A stretch of 62,308 nucleotides of DNA, the filler included, from Sphacelaria rigidula (lineage: Eukaryota): the NCBI GenBank assembly GCA_964200075.2. It is 9 parts of 9 records of this genome, joined end to end, with 100 filler letters (N's around TTAATTAATTAA, not from the genome) between each part and the next. Parts side by side here need not be neighbours in the genome. Positions count along the whole stretch, not along the records: positions 20,805 to 27,638 come from CAXNAA020017844.1; positions 27,739 to 34,572 come from CAXNAA020017845.1; positions 34,673 to 41,506 come from CAXNAA020017846.1; 6 more parts are not named here. One strand, written 5' to 3'. The notes under the pieces are model-generated. The model was given only the letters and a program-made list of their open reading frames with translations, ran no database searches and had not been told where the DNA came from. Every line of letters begins with the position of its first letter. The stretch's first letter is position 1. Position numbers and translations under genes: made by a program. Of the stretch, positions 23,811 to 37,300 are shown piece after piece.

Positions 23811-25412
23811 GAAGACGGAGCAGAGCACACCACCTGAAGGTGCGCCCCGGGTAGTACCTCACTCCCGGGGAACCTCAACGCTGTGCCGTCACCAAAACCC
23901 TCCAGTAGTACGAATCCAGCAGGAAGCGAGGCTAGCCACGTACCAACGATCGAAGAAAGAGAAGAAGGCTGCGGCCGCCGAACGTATTGCCACAAACAAG
24001 AATCGCAAAGCACAAGTTTGGGTACAGGCAAAAATCTGGCATCCCCATAAGTTGAGCATGCGACTCCCTGTCTCTGTCCTGTTGGACACGGGTGCTGGTG
24101 GGGGAAACTACGTGTGCGGTACTTTCTGGCAGTCGATTTGTAAGTGGGGAGGAACACCGGATCGCCAACTAGATAAGAGAGGTGCAGGCGCGTTGAGGGC
24201 AGCAAACCCGGAGGAAAACCAGGTACCGCCGATGGAAATTCTAGGCTCCTCTACAATACCAGTCATCTTTCCCCCGGAAGATAAAGTACGCAACATCGCA
24301 GTACGTGTAGTCAAGGGCTTTCCATACGCCCTGGTACTGGGCGCTGCATTCTTTCCCAAAAACTCAAGCGTCCTATCATTTGACAAACATCAAGGCTTCT
24401 GCCCCACGCCCGACGCACCATGGATACCACTCGACACCCGTAGCTCGATACTCTCGCCTAATACTGAACCATCAAGTGCGACCCCGTTGGCTGCGAAAGA
24501 CATTCAAGCATCAAATGATTCGGAAAAAATGCCTGGCGTACCCGAAGGGGCCTCCACAGAAGCCGAGAGTGCCACGACAAATGGTACACCATCAGGATCG
24601 ACCCCGTTATCAGCAGAAGGTGTACAAGCGTCGAATGATTCGAAGGTCACACCTGACGTAGCCGAGGTATTATGGGGCACGTTCTGTGCTGTCATACCCG
24701 GGGAAGAAGTTGAAGTAACCAGAGCTGTTCCCCCCGTCTACACTAGACGCCTTCAACCCCTCCATCGCAACGATCACAGACAGGATAGTGAGCAACACAT
24801 TCATGGGTAAGGCAGTTTGGGAAGACGACGGTACTCTGCAGTGGGCATTCTCCCTACCCTCGCCGCTGCAACCACCAGGCTTTGTCAGCACAGCAGTAGA
24901 GGGACGCACCAAGGGTCCCCTCTCTCAAGTACGGCAACTGGTACTGATACTACCTACTGAGGATTACGATTTAGAGAAAGGTGCGGTGCTAGGCGTAGCG
25001 AGAGGTATTCAGTGGTTGGAGCCCGGTACACCCGTAGTATGCAAGATAGTGAACAGGAGCCCCAACCAGAGCCTCATCGAGGCAAGAAAACAGATAGCAC
25101 AGATAGTGGCGGTTAATATCGTTGACGAGGAACGCTTCCACGCGCTTTTCCTCCCATCGAACCCCGAAAACAGCGAGGACGACACATCACACTATACACA
25201 AGCATGGACTTCACATGAAGTCAACGAGGACGGAAAAGAGACGGACGAGAACACAATCATGTCTAATCTCAATGACGCCAACCTCGGACAGCTCAGCATC
25301 CCTGAAAAACAAAAGCTTTTAGCACTGCTAGACGAGTTCCGGCATCAAGGGATCTTCCCAGTAGACCCCAAAAAAGTCACGCCCCTGTGACCAAGGTAAG
25401 ATTCCCATTCTG

Positions 25413-26666
25413 TTGAGAGATGAACGATATAAACCTGTGGCAACGAAGCAGCGACGTTTTTCTCCCGCCGAAACTGAAGCAATACAAGCCGAAGTAGAAA
25501 AACTGTACCTACGAGGTATCATTCGTCGGTCAGAGTCGGAATGGGCAGCAAGATCACTCGCGGTACCAAAAAAAGACGGCGCACTACGCCTTTGCCATGA
25601 CTACAGGGAATTGAATGATCTCACGGAAACAGACAGCGGGGGTCTGGGGGACATCGAGAGCATGCACGACAGGCTAAGTGGTAACAAATATATTTCGACA
25701 TCAGATCTCGCCTCAGGGTACTTTCAACTCGAAATCGAGGAGAATGACAAACACAAAACAGCCTTCAGAGACGCCCTCGGCCAACTTTGGGAATACAACA
25801 GGTGTAGCTTTGGGTTGAAAAACCTCCCATCCGGCTTCACCAGAGGTATATCCAAAACCCTAGGCTCCATCATAGGTAAAGGAGTTCAGGTATGGTTGGA
25901 CGACATTCTCATCTTCAGCAAGACACTCTCTGAACACCTATACCTAATACGGAAAGTTATCTCGGGACTGTTGGAAGCAAAACACTCTGTCAACTTTGCG
26001 AAGTCGTCATGGTGCATGCCGAACCAGGAGTTCCTGGGGATGGCGATCGACCGCGAGGAAAGACGTTCGGCCCCATCCAAAATCGAGGCATTCAGTAAAC
26101 TCTCACCCTCGAACACGGTAAAAGAGCTACGGGCTTTCCTCGGCATGACCGGTTACATGCCATCTTTCGTCGACCATTACAGCATTATCGCGGCCCCCCT
26201 GACCGACGTCCCACGTGATCCTCGCTTTCAGTCAAAACGCGCTAGAAAACTGAAAATCCCTTGGGACGACGGAAAGCAACAAGCTTTCGAGAAGTTGAAG
26301 GAGGCACTCATATCCCCACCGGTTCAAGCATACCCCTTGTGGGAACACCCCTTCCCCCTACACACCGATGCAAGTATTTTGGGGGCTAGCGCGAAACTGT
26401 GCCAAACAATAGATGGCGCCGAGAAGGTAGTAGCATACGCTAGTCATCGGTTCTCGCGTACAGACTCACTGAGGGCAGCAACGCATCGAGAATGCATGGC
26501 CGCATTGTGGGCGACGGGGCACTTCAGACAATATATTACAGGTAGAAGATTTGATCTCGTTACAGATTGCAGCGCACTCCTCTGGCTACTCAGAAGTAGA
26601 GACCTCGAACCCAAATTACATCGATGGGCCCTACGATTGATGGAGTACGACATGACACTACGCTAG
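25413..26666 (+). pseudogene. Ty3/gypsy reverse transcriptase-RNase H
   Basis: 417-codon open frame with all RT and RNase H motifs, bounded by a frameshift upstream and a stop downstream. Confidence 0.95.
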
Positions 26667-27379
26667 AGAGCAGGCACATGCCACCAACTCCCCGATGCTT
26701 TATCCCGCTTATTTGGCAAAACCGCAGAAGGTACAAATGTTGACGACGCTTTTCCGGATGACTCCACCCTAAAATCCGACCGGTGCACGAAGGGCCCGCA
26801 AGGACGCGTCTTGGATGAAGTCCCCTTGAGCCAACTAGGGGAAGAGACAGGGATACTGGTGGGATCTGCTTTCATCACAGCGTTGTGGTCGATGACAGCC
26901 CCGACAGACAGCAAGGACTGCCCTACAAATGAATTCACACAGCAAGAACCTGGCCAGATATCTGACACACAAACCCATGAAGCGGAAGTAAGCGCAGCGA
27001 TGACTCAGCTGTCGGAAATGCCATTCGCCTGAGAAACGGTGGTAGCTTTGCATGATGACGTCCAACATGAACCACGCAGATCTAGCAGAGCCCGCGCCCG
27101 TTCTGTCAGACTCAAGGATTTCATAACCGACGAACCCATTTCCGTACCGCAGAGCATCCCCCCAACCCACACAGACTCTCAGCAGACACTGTCGAACAGC
27201 CAGGAATCGAGTCCCGTTATCGTCGAGGAACACAAGAACAACCGCTCCAGAAGTGACTCGCCCAATAGTCACGACTCAGTCATCAACAGAGCGATCAGTA
27301 CTCTATCTGATTTACCCAGCCTAATCGAGAACCAGAAAAACGACCCCTACCTGAGCCAGATCCGAGCTTCTCTAGAGCA

Positions 27380-27636
27380 ATGCTACGGTAGGGGTGCAAT
27401 TTTTTCGCGAAATTTTGTCTGGTTCAGGGGCTCCTAACGATTCTAGACGCGCAAGAATACGGGTCAGGGCATCCCCGTTTGCGGATTTATTCGGGATATC
27501 CCCAGCACATTGGAATACATTGAAATAGTAATCCTGGCGTACTCTCGCATATTTTTATAAGTCGTGTTTTGGATGAGATAAGGGGCTCCTAACAATTTTA
27601 ATCTCAGAAATTATTTCTGAACCCCTACCGTAGCAT
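27380..27636. mobile_element. MITE with perfect 16-bp inverted ends inserted at the start of the gypsy integrase
   Basis: ATGCTACGGTAGGGGT (27380-27395) and ACCCCTACCGTAGCAT (27621-27636). Confidence 0.85.
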
Positions 27637-30600
27637 CANNNNNNNNNNNNNNNNNNNNNNNNNNNNNNNNNNNNNNNNNNNNTTAATTAATTAANNNNNN
27701 NNNNNNNNNNNNNNNNNNNNNNNNNNNNNNNNNNNNNNTTTTATTATTTTAAACAAATATATATAAAAATTAAGAAAAAAAAAAAAAACTATATGTCAGT
27801 ACGGCACTGCACTGTTGTATAAACTGTACCGTGGCATATACTCAACCAACTGTATCGCAGTCTGCTGCGCTGACGGCAGCACGTTATCCTCACTGGAGGC
27901 AGTGTACGCTGTTTGGGTTACAAGGTCGAAACTAAAGGTTGCGTAGTACTTGCTGTCATATATACACAAGTATTCGATAGATGAGCAGAAAGCATTGCTG
28001 TCATAGTCACATCGACTACTACTATAGTGCATTCCTGATCACAAGAGAGCTCACAGAGGGGTCACTGCGATCTCCCAGGCCCCTCCTTTGCAGCAACGAA
28101 CGTTCGTTTCCGGTTGTATCGGGTCGGAACAGCACACCGCAGGCCATGCCTATACCCTATCCAACTCTTCACATGCGCTACGCGAGGCTGCCCATTCTTG
28201 ACAAGAAAAAGGCGCGAGAAGAACTTCGCATTTTGGAGAGGTGCTTTGTGCTGTGTACTATATTCTGTCAGCCCCGATGGTTGTTTCCACGGTGCAAATT
28301 CAAGCCAAGGGCGAAATATTGTCTTCAGTAAGAGTAAAATGGAGTTTCCTCGAGTTTGCTCAAAGCACCTCGAACATCGGCTTAACCGTCACAGCATCTC
28401 CGGGGTAGGATTATATCGGTACAAGTTCGGGCGTACTACTGACTATACGTGCCGTCTATAGCGGGCAATTCTCGGTCAAAGTTGCTGTTCTAACGTGCAT
28501 AAAACAGTCCTGCGCCAAAAGAAAATATATTTATCTATATTTTAGAACAGAATTGGAGCTCTTCTCACCCCCTCGCGCCCTGCTGCAACGCCCAACCCCG
28601 GATCTAGAGGTATGGACTTGTTGATTGTCGTCTGCATGACATGCCAGCAAAGTTTCAGGGCATAGAAGCGACGACAGCGCGCGCATGACCGTGCCTCCTG
28701 CCCTGAGCATCTCTACAGTCGATACCGGCATGTGTTTTCTATAGATTGCCATCATCCATCGGCGGCGGCAGAAATGATCTATGTTTGTTTGCGGGCACTT
28801 CAGCCTCCCAGGTGGTTACGATGCGGAAGTAAGAGCGCTATCACGTCGACCACGGTACACAGCATCTCGGCCGCCAGGAAATCGTTTTGAGGCCATACAG
28901 ACGGTATTGCCCAAAAATGGAATTCGCTTCGTCTAATTTGCTCGGGGAAGGAAAGTGGCTTTGCTCCGGTACATACACTGGCTGTGGTGTGCCCGACTGG
29001 TGCACCAAGTTTCACGTGGGTGCCTGCAGCGGCGGTCGAGAACTTCCACAATCAAAAATGAAGGGCAAACGTCGAAAATGGCACCGGTCAACCGTCGAAA
29101 GATACACCAGCTGCAGTTACGCCGCATAATCCTCGTACGAAACCATACTGGCGCAACCGCTGCGCCCCTGCGGCAGCACAGGAGAGATGGGGACAAGGGG
29201 ACAACCGTACTTGCCAGCACTGTAGATCTGGCTTCGCCACACCGCCCCGCCAACCGATATGCCATCAATCATGTCGGCATTAACAGGGCATGCGCATCTA
29301 GTGTTGTGTTCCTAATCCACACTGTATTGAGCTGCAGGCGACAGAATACTGTACACGACGGCGCTGCCGAGCATGGTACAGACAGTAGCTTTGTACAGTA
29401 GTAATCACATATCAGAAAAAGGGGTGTAGCACATTACACATTTTTCATACTGTGTTTTATGTGAAGTTTTCGGCGTTAAAGGCGGCGCAATTGGCTGTGC
29501 ACGGCATGCATGCACAAAAGTTTGTCGTGTTACTTGCTCGTTGAAGCAAATGACCTAATTCCTTTTTGTGTGGATTGAATACATCGTGCACTAGCCGGAA
29601 CGCGTCCTTTTGGCCTGGTGCCCTGAGCGTGGTCGCCACCTGTCGGCGTTGCATTGTGCACGAGATGCACCAATGAAGAGCACCACAATTCAGACCACCC
29701 CATGTGGGCAATCATCCCTATTTCAGCCAGAAATCTACATCCACGATCCCGCCTTGAGCAAAGCTTGCAAGCGATGCCACGTGTTGGGCCGATGCTCCCT
29801 TGTGTCGGGCCCGCTGCTCGTGTGAACTTTGTCTACTTCACGGCTGATATCAGTCGAATGCTGGTCAAATGGATATTCTATGCGAGCATGCCGGTATTGG
29901 ATTGTTTACTTTATTTTGACGCAGTACTGAAAACGAATGCCGACGCTTGTCGAATAGCCATTCATTCCACTCCGCAGGGGGCTGGGTGTAGAACATGACT
30001 AATATGTATGGTATACATCTTTCCTCGTATCGCCTAAGCAACCCCGCACCGTACACGAGGCCTCTCTTCAACTGTTGGGGTGTACCTGTGGGTGTTACGA
30101 ACCACTTCCACTTCTTTCACAAAGGACTCGCGTCAACTTGTCGACGCAAGCAGCAAATCTCACGTGAACACTCTCGGCCTCAACATAACCCTTGGACGGC
30201 GAGAGTAGATCATATGTTGGATCAGCATCAATCTCACTTGAAAAAATTATGCATGATCCAGACCAACCACCCTGGCGGTCCAATGGTAAAAAATCACCCG
30301 CATCGCAGTAATGATTCATTGATTGGCTGATTGATTGTCATGCATGAACCGGTGCCCTACGAATCCATTTGTGTTCTTGGAATACAGTAACGAGGGTAAA
30401 AAAAAGGAACAACCGCGAAAGAAAACTCGAGCACGAAACGAGGGAATATGGAGAGTACGAGAGGCACAGAACCGGGAGAATATTCGTTGTAATCACGAGT
30501 CGATCTCCGTTTCACCATTCCTTGCCCAGCAGAAAGGAATCGTCCGGGCTGATCACAAAGTTGAGAACGTTTGAAGCCGCACGCTTTTTGTTTTCAGCCT

Positions 30601-33236
30601 CCCAAAGCGCTTTGGTCTCCAACACAGACCATCATTGTACGATGCGGCTCGCCAGCAGATGCCGTTTGACATACATATGATTCGCAGAAAGCCTGCTCTC
30701 TGCCACAACGCCGTTTATCGTCATTGAGGTGGGGGCTGCGGCGTAGAAGGCTTTGGAAATAAAATGGAAAAGCGAGGTCTCGACAATAGCCACCAGGCGT
30801 AGCGCAGCCAAACAAGAACTGATTCCCGACAACAAAGCGTTGGTGAAGATCACACTGCAGGCTGTTCTCAGATCGGGGATCATTTTCCAGTCTTCAGCAA
30901 ATTTCAGCTCAACGACGGAACGATGAACTCTTGGAATTGTTGGATTCAATGTACCACCAACAAGCGACACAGGCCCTCGCTCGTGCTCACACTTTGTGTG
31001 CCGTCTTGTTCACCAACGCTATAACATCCGGCGACGATACCACGATCAAAAACGATAAAAAAAATAGGTCCCGTGTTCGTTACATGACAAGCGTCAAGGC
31101 ATGACAGATTTAGGTCACTTTGTCGCAAATTGTTGCAGTAACAAGCTGGACATGACACGTTTGCCCCGCGAGTAAGGGCTCCAGCGTTTGCTTGTGGTGC
31201 ATCGAATGGCAGTCTGTTGAAACGGCAGGAACCTCTGGAATAGTCCCCAACACTTGGCAAGGTAAAAGGGAGGAAACCTGATATTTACAGAAAATTTTAA
31301 ACCTTTTTCGAAGTCTTTTCTCGATCTGACCGATGGCTTTGTGCTTATATCAGTGAAGGGCTACGACGAAAAGGTCGCGAAGATGATTGCTGAATTATGC
31401 AGTGTTCCGCTGCAGCCATGAGTCGTGTAAAATATATCGGGGTACCATTGAATAGAAACGATAAGATCGAAGACACTAGATGGTTCATAAATCTCTCGAC
31501 TGGTTACAAGCATGGGTTTTGCGTGCGGGCAGGATATCCTGCATGCATGCCTCTGTCCTCCCCCGAGACCGCCGCCCGACTGAGATAGTTGTGTCGAGGT
31601 AAGTTAACGCCAACCAGCAAGAGAACGACACAACCACGCGTGGGAAGGAGTGACATGACCCACAGACTAGTCTGCGTGTTGATGCAGCACACAAACCAGC
31701 CAGTGGGCCATGTCGACAATGTTGAACATTAGGCTCAACCCTGTAGTGCAGAGTTCCGCCCCGTGCTGGGACCCAAACTCAACTCCGCAGCTGAAGAGTT
31801 TCACCCGAAGTTGGAGCACTGTCAAGTAAAACACGTCGATGGAGATGATACATGTCAGAGTACGTGCCAGATTCAGAGGACTGGAGCTAGCAGCCGCCGC
31901 GGGTTAGGACGGCTGCACCTTCCCGGAGAGTCCAGAACCCAAGGCACGTGACACGATTGAAGTGCCAAGGAAAACTCGAAACAAAAAGAAACTTGCGCGG
32001 ATGATTAGGACGAGGAACAGACCTCAGAGGAGGGCAAAACAGAGCAAAGGGTGAGATGTATAGATATAAACGCTAGAGCTAGGTCGCTTGTACACATCAT
32101 TGCCGGGAAAATAATCCTTCATAACGCCGAAATATTCGAGAAGCACGTACCTCAACATTTTCCTGATGTTGTTCTCTGCCACATTCCCTTTATTTCTCGA
32201 CCAGACAAGATGTGCAGTCCAGTCCCGGCTCACTCTACACCACAGAGTACTGTCTGTACTGTACTGCTGCAGTCTCTGTTGCTCTTGACTGCACTAAAAC
32301 ACGCACGCGTCCATTCCCGCACACACAACTCAGCGGCTGCACTAGGACATTGGGCGACCGTGACGTTGAACGTCCGCCACCGACCTGTGCTCGATTCCCC
32401 GTGGTATCACCAAGCCTCGATTTGCGGCCTGCTCCAGCAACAAGTGACCGGTCGATCTAGGATCGCAGTAGTAAAGTATGGTTCGTGACATATTTTGGCT
32501 TCAGTATACTTCGCATACTACGCCCCCCGTCCCCCACCAATTTCGCCAGCAGCACTGTTCGGCGGAAATATTGCTTCAAACTTGTCTTCGTTCTCAAAGA
32601 GTCAACTCTGAGACTGTGGCCGTTGACAGTCTCGCGAGTCTGTGGAGGATGATCTTTGTATGCATACATGGACGGAAAGCGTGATGGGCGCATGGCACGA
32701 GCTGAAAAATGTGTTCATCGGGCAACAGGCGTGCAGCAACCTTTTGTCAAGCTTCAAGTAGGAGGATTCACGTTCATCCTTCGTCCTCACCTACGATTCT
32801 GCTACTGGGCGCTGATTCTTCGTGCGTGCATCCATGGCCACATGTAGAGGTGGCACGACCACCGCTGCTGATTCGCTCTACTGACATGGCAATATGCTGT
32901 TGGCCGCGGCTTATTTTGCCCTTCTATTTTTTCGTCACAGTTTCAGCCCTTCCCCTCCCTACAGACTAGTCCGTGGTGAGTGATGGTAGCGATGGAGCTA
33001 CATCTTCCGCGGTACATGCCTGCCACTTTAGTATCGCAAATTGGATCAGCACTCCCGCCCTCCGTCCTCTCTCGTCAGACTTTCTTCGCTACTCGAGTCC
33101 TCACGTTTTATTTCAACCACGTCAATCAGATACTGCTCAGGACAACAATGCATATGATTGCATCTGCTGGGAATCGAAATTCTTATCCCGCTCTACGAGC
33201 TGGTTCAGATTGGACGCCCAAAATTCATTCCCCGGG

Positions 33237-33521
33237 ATTTCCTCACGCCGTTTTTTCGAGTTAGACCACAAAAAATTGCACACATGTTCTTGAGGGCACT
33301 ATCTAAAACTCGGAGACCGTTTTTTTTTTTTATTTATCATTAGTGTCGAGATAGTCGGGATCTGACCCCTGCCCCGGTCAAGTAGATCAACCGTGACCTT
33401 GGATAAAAAGCCACCACCAAAAAAGTTTTAAAAAAAAACGGTCTTCGAGTTTTGGATAGTGCCCTCCAGAACATGTGTGAACATTTTCTTGGTCTAACTC
33501 GAGAAAACGGCGTGAGGAAAT
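33237..33521. repeat. Fold-back inverted repeat with ~95-bp arms (MITE-like)
   Basis: atttcctcacgccgttttttcgagttagacca...gagggcactatc...gaccgtttttt versus aaaaaacggtc...gatagtgccctc...tggtctaactcgagaaaacggcgtgaggaaat. Confidence 0.85.
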
Positions 33522-34682
33522 GCCAAAACGTGCGCTGAAGTATAAAAAAGTCTGCATGCCCCCCTAATTACTTGATTGAAGTGTACTTTGCACGTTTTTT
33601 TACGTTGTTGTTACGGCAGACGACAATGACGCGTCAGTCTTTTGAGTTATCCCATCAAAATTGATACGAATGTTACTTGGGGATCAGAGAAGCGCGTGAA
33701 CTTTTCTTTTTGCGGAAGATTTTCTTGTACCGGCTTTCGGGGGTCCTCAGTCCGGGACCCCCGAAAGCCGGTCAAGGACGCACCTACACCCGTCGAAACA
33801 CCTCCCCAATGTTTTCATTTATTTCGCTGCGTCAACATCTACCAAGTTGCCAAGTTTGAGAAAAGATTGAATCCTTCCTTGGGGAGATATAAAGGGAAAC
33901 GTTGGCACTGGCTCTCCGTTCTTTAGCCCTTATATTTACAGGATCTTTTTCTTCTCAGGTTCCCTGGAGAACAACTACTGCCGTGATAAAAAAAATGTGG
34001 AGATTGAGCAGCGTTTTGGGTTGAAAAATCATGTTTTTAGTTCTAGACAGTTTGGAGGCCGCTGATTGGCCGAGACTACATTTTTGCCTATTGCTCCGTA
34101 CCCAACCCCTAATTCCGAAAAAATATGTCACTCTGTTGTGTTGCTCGTGGGAAACACAACGATATCGGTTTCGTGAAAATTGAGCTTGTATTGTGTTCGT
34201 TATCAGTTGGGGAATAAATTTAGGGTATTCAATCTGAACCAGCCTGTAACCGTTCATGGCATGTACTATTTTTATTCGGACTACTGGGGCGCGGCGCGTC
34301 GGTTTATGCACAAGCAACCATGACGCGCGGCATGACAGTGGCCACGGCCTTTGCTACACAGGATCCGTGTTTGTGCATAAAACATTTCATCCGCCCCTTC
34401 CCCCGAAGACTGCCTATTAATCGTCCAACTAGGATTCTGGCGGTTCAAAAGATGTTTGCACCCATTGATCAGTTCGCCACCAGCCTTTTGGGAGGGGGGG
34501 GGGGGGTACGCATGAACATGCATGCCATAGTAACCAGACCAGTCACTTCGCCTCCCTCCCATGCCAGGAGGGNNNNNNNNNNNNNNNNNNNNNNNNNNNN
34601 NNNNNNNNNNNNNNNNTTAATTAATTAANNNNNNNNNNNNNNNNNNNNNNNNNNNNNNNNNNNNNNNNNNNNATGCCTTGGT

Positions 34683-34709
34683 CGGGGTTAGGGTTAGGGT
34701 TAGCGTTAG
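34683..34709 (+). repeat. Short interstitial (TTAGGG)-like repeat
   Basis: ggggttagggttagggttagcgttag; related degenerate runs at about 8033-8080, 11080-11102 and 42822-42846. Confidence 0.6.
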
Positions 34710-36739
34710 AATTGGCAGCATCCTCATTGTACCAACCATTGTTTACGTACAGTTCGTCAGGTCGCCTCAAAAGCTGCAAAAACGACAGAATTTTCTTTCC
34801 CCCTCTCATGGGTTAGAAGCAACAATCAAGATCCAGCTTCAGTAAAATGTCCGTAAGTCATGAAAAGAACAACATGCCAACATACTTGTTCTTGATATGT
34901 GCTGTTCATTTACCATACCGAATTGGGAAGTCCTACTCTGGAAATTGAGGTGAACATGGGTGATTTTGAATCAAGGTCGGTCGGAAGTCGGAGCAGCATT
35001 TCGTAGGTCAATCACCAGCCCACTTTTCGTACTTGTGATTTGAACGTTCACGAGGAAGCCGCGGAGGCAAAACGAAAAATAAACAGGACACGTTTTTCTT
35101 GTTTGTTATTTCATGATTTAATTGCGTTTCAGTATAGTAAAAAACGTTTTTTCAAGAGAACGTCATGCACTCACCAACTGATAAAAATGAGGGCCCACGT
35201 TTTTTTCGTCTTCAGTAAGCCCTTGCGATTCTCTACACTCAGTTTCAAATCAGAACCTAAAACTTGAATGGATAAACTGAGATGAGGTCCAAAAACAACG
35301 TCCATTTCTCACTAAAACCTCTCTGAGTGTTAACAAAATGAAGAAAAAATCAAGAAGCTGAATAGTTTTGTTATTATTACTTCGACACGAGCGATTCTCC
35401 GTACCAAATTCCAAAGCATGATTATCAAAACTAAGACACGACAACGAGACATGATGCATTTAGTGCACCTGCTTGTGATTTACTGAGTTCAGTATCAAAT
35501 ATTATGTGCGCCATATCTCTGAACGAGTAATGAATTACGTGAAGTTGGCGGTATCGATCGTGTGCCCACGCTCCAGAGAATGTTTACACCACAACTCATC
35601 ATCATCCGCGGTATATATCGTTCGGGGTTTCATAGAAACGCTAGTATGGACCTTATCTCGGTAAAGTAAAGGAATACTCCACATGGCGTTCAACCCTTTT
35701 AGGACTTGGCCTCCAGAACGACCAATGAGGCTGGGTAGGAATGACGTGTCCTGCATATGCATGAAACAATTGCTCCATGTTGCTAAAAATCCACCCATGT
35801 ATGTAACCGCAGGGGGTTAGGAGGAAGACCGAAAGTTTCATCCAATCTATTTTCAGGTGCAGGTACCAACTCTACCGCAGTTCGGGTGTTGTGCGCATCA
35901 GGTGACGTAAAGATGTTTCAAGCAGTGTGAGCTGCCGTTGAGAGCTTTCAACAGGGTGTGGCGACCGCCGCCCGCCACTTGTGGCCTTCGATATTGTCCT
36001 CATGACCTTGCCACACAGCCCTTTGTGGTCGGGGTGGACCGCGATTTCCCTCCTTGTTGCGAGTCGCGAATTCTCTTCGAACGACATGGGCGTTGCGCCG
36101 CACATACAGTACAGTACACCTTTTCGAATGCAGCAGTAGCTGCCGCCGCATACTCCCTCACACGTTCTGGGCAGTTCTCCGCGACGGAGATCAGCTGCCT
36201 GTACACAGCAAGTTCGTTCCCGTCGACTACACACGATCTCGCCGCCGCTTGTACCGCCTCGACGGAGGAATACGCAGAACTCATGCCTCTAGCTCCGTCT
36301 CTCGTCCCACAGCGTTGCTAGATCCAGTCGCCTTGTTATCATGACCACATACACAGAATGGTGCATTTATTCCCGAATTTACCCCGAGCACCACGTGTAA
36401 GCGTAATCAACTAGGTTTTACTCTAGGATGGTGACCCAAAAAAAACTGTGGGAGTGGAGGTCGGGCTTATTTGAAACTCGAGAAAATGATGAAAAAAATC
36501 GGGAAACCGAGCCCCGACAACTTGGGGTTTCTTTTGCGTCGAAGGCTTTTTTGTGAGCCAGGGACAGGGTACACACACCAACTTGGCAGTGACATCACTC
36601 CCGGCGACAGCCCTCCCCCTCCCACTGGTTGTTCGGAACTGGTGGATAAATTCCGCCTCGCCGTGACTGGGTAGATCGCTCCCAGACTTGTTTATTACCC
36701 CTTGTGACTGAAGATCATGTCAAAAGGGTTATATCCGTG

Positions 36740-37300
36740 ACTGTGGACCTTACCCTTGGGCTGGCTCGTGGTTGAAGTCTGAACGAGCATTTTTCCGTAG
36801 GATAGTCAATTTTCATTCGAGCATAACAACCGATGGCTTGAAATAACCGTATGGATGGGGATCTCACGCTGGAGAAAACAATGAGGGAGGAAACATTTTC
36901 GTACTGAGTTATGCCTTAATATCCATGATTTTGGACGTTACCCTTGGGCTGGCTCGGGGTGAAATTCTGGACGAATATTCCACTGTAGAATAATCGTCAA
37001 ATGTGATTGGAATATCATAAACGATGGCTTAAAAGAACCATATGGATAAGGGTGTCACGCAGGAGAAAATAAGACGGAAAAATAATATTTTCGTAATGAT
37101 ATATGCCGTAATACCCATGATTTTGGACGTTACCCTTGGGCTGGCTCGCTGTAAATGTTTGACGAATATTCCACTGTAAAATCGTCCATTTTGATTGGAA
37201 TGTAACAACCGATGGCTGGCTTAAAAGAACCGTATGGATAAGGGTACCACGCAGGGGAAAACAAAACAGAAAAAATAATGTTTTGGTAATGAGTTATGCC
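36740..37300. repeat. Three tandem ~190-bp units
   Basis: ggacSttacccttgggctggctcg at about 36745, 36933 and 37124, with matching downstream aaccgatggctt...tatggat...cacgc...ttatgcc. Confidence 0.9.

Larger units (their letters stand above)
22690..27379 (+). mobile_element. Ty3/gypsy LTR retrotransposon internal region (gag, protease, RT, RNase H, start of integrase), mildly decayed
   Basis: Domain order PR-RT-RH: VLLDTGAGG; PVATKQRRFS, RLCHDYRELN, DLASGYFQL, KTAF, FGLKNLPSGF, WLDDILIFS; LHTDASILG, VVAYASH, ECMAALWA, VTDCSAL; PDALSRL; QKNDPYL. Confidence 0.96.

Noticed and set aside
28500-31260. Possible decayed DNA transposase or gene in contig 5
   Set aside because: Coding-like stretches occur, but I could not identify any diagnostic motif; a translated profile search would be needed.
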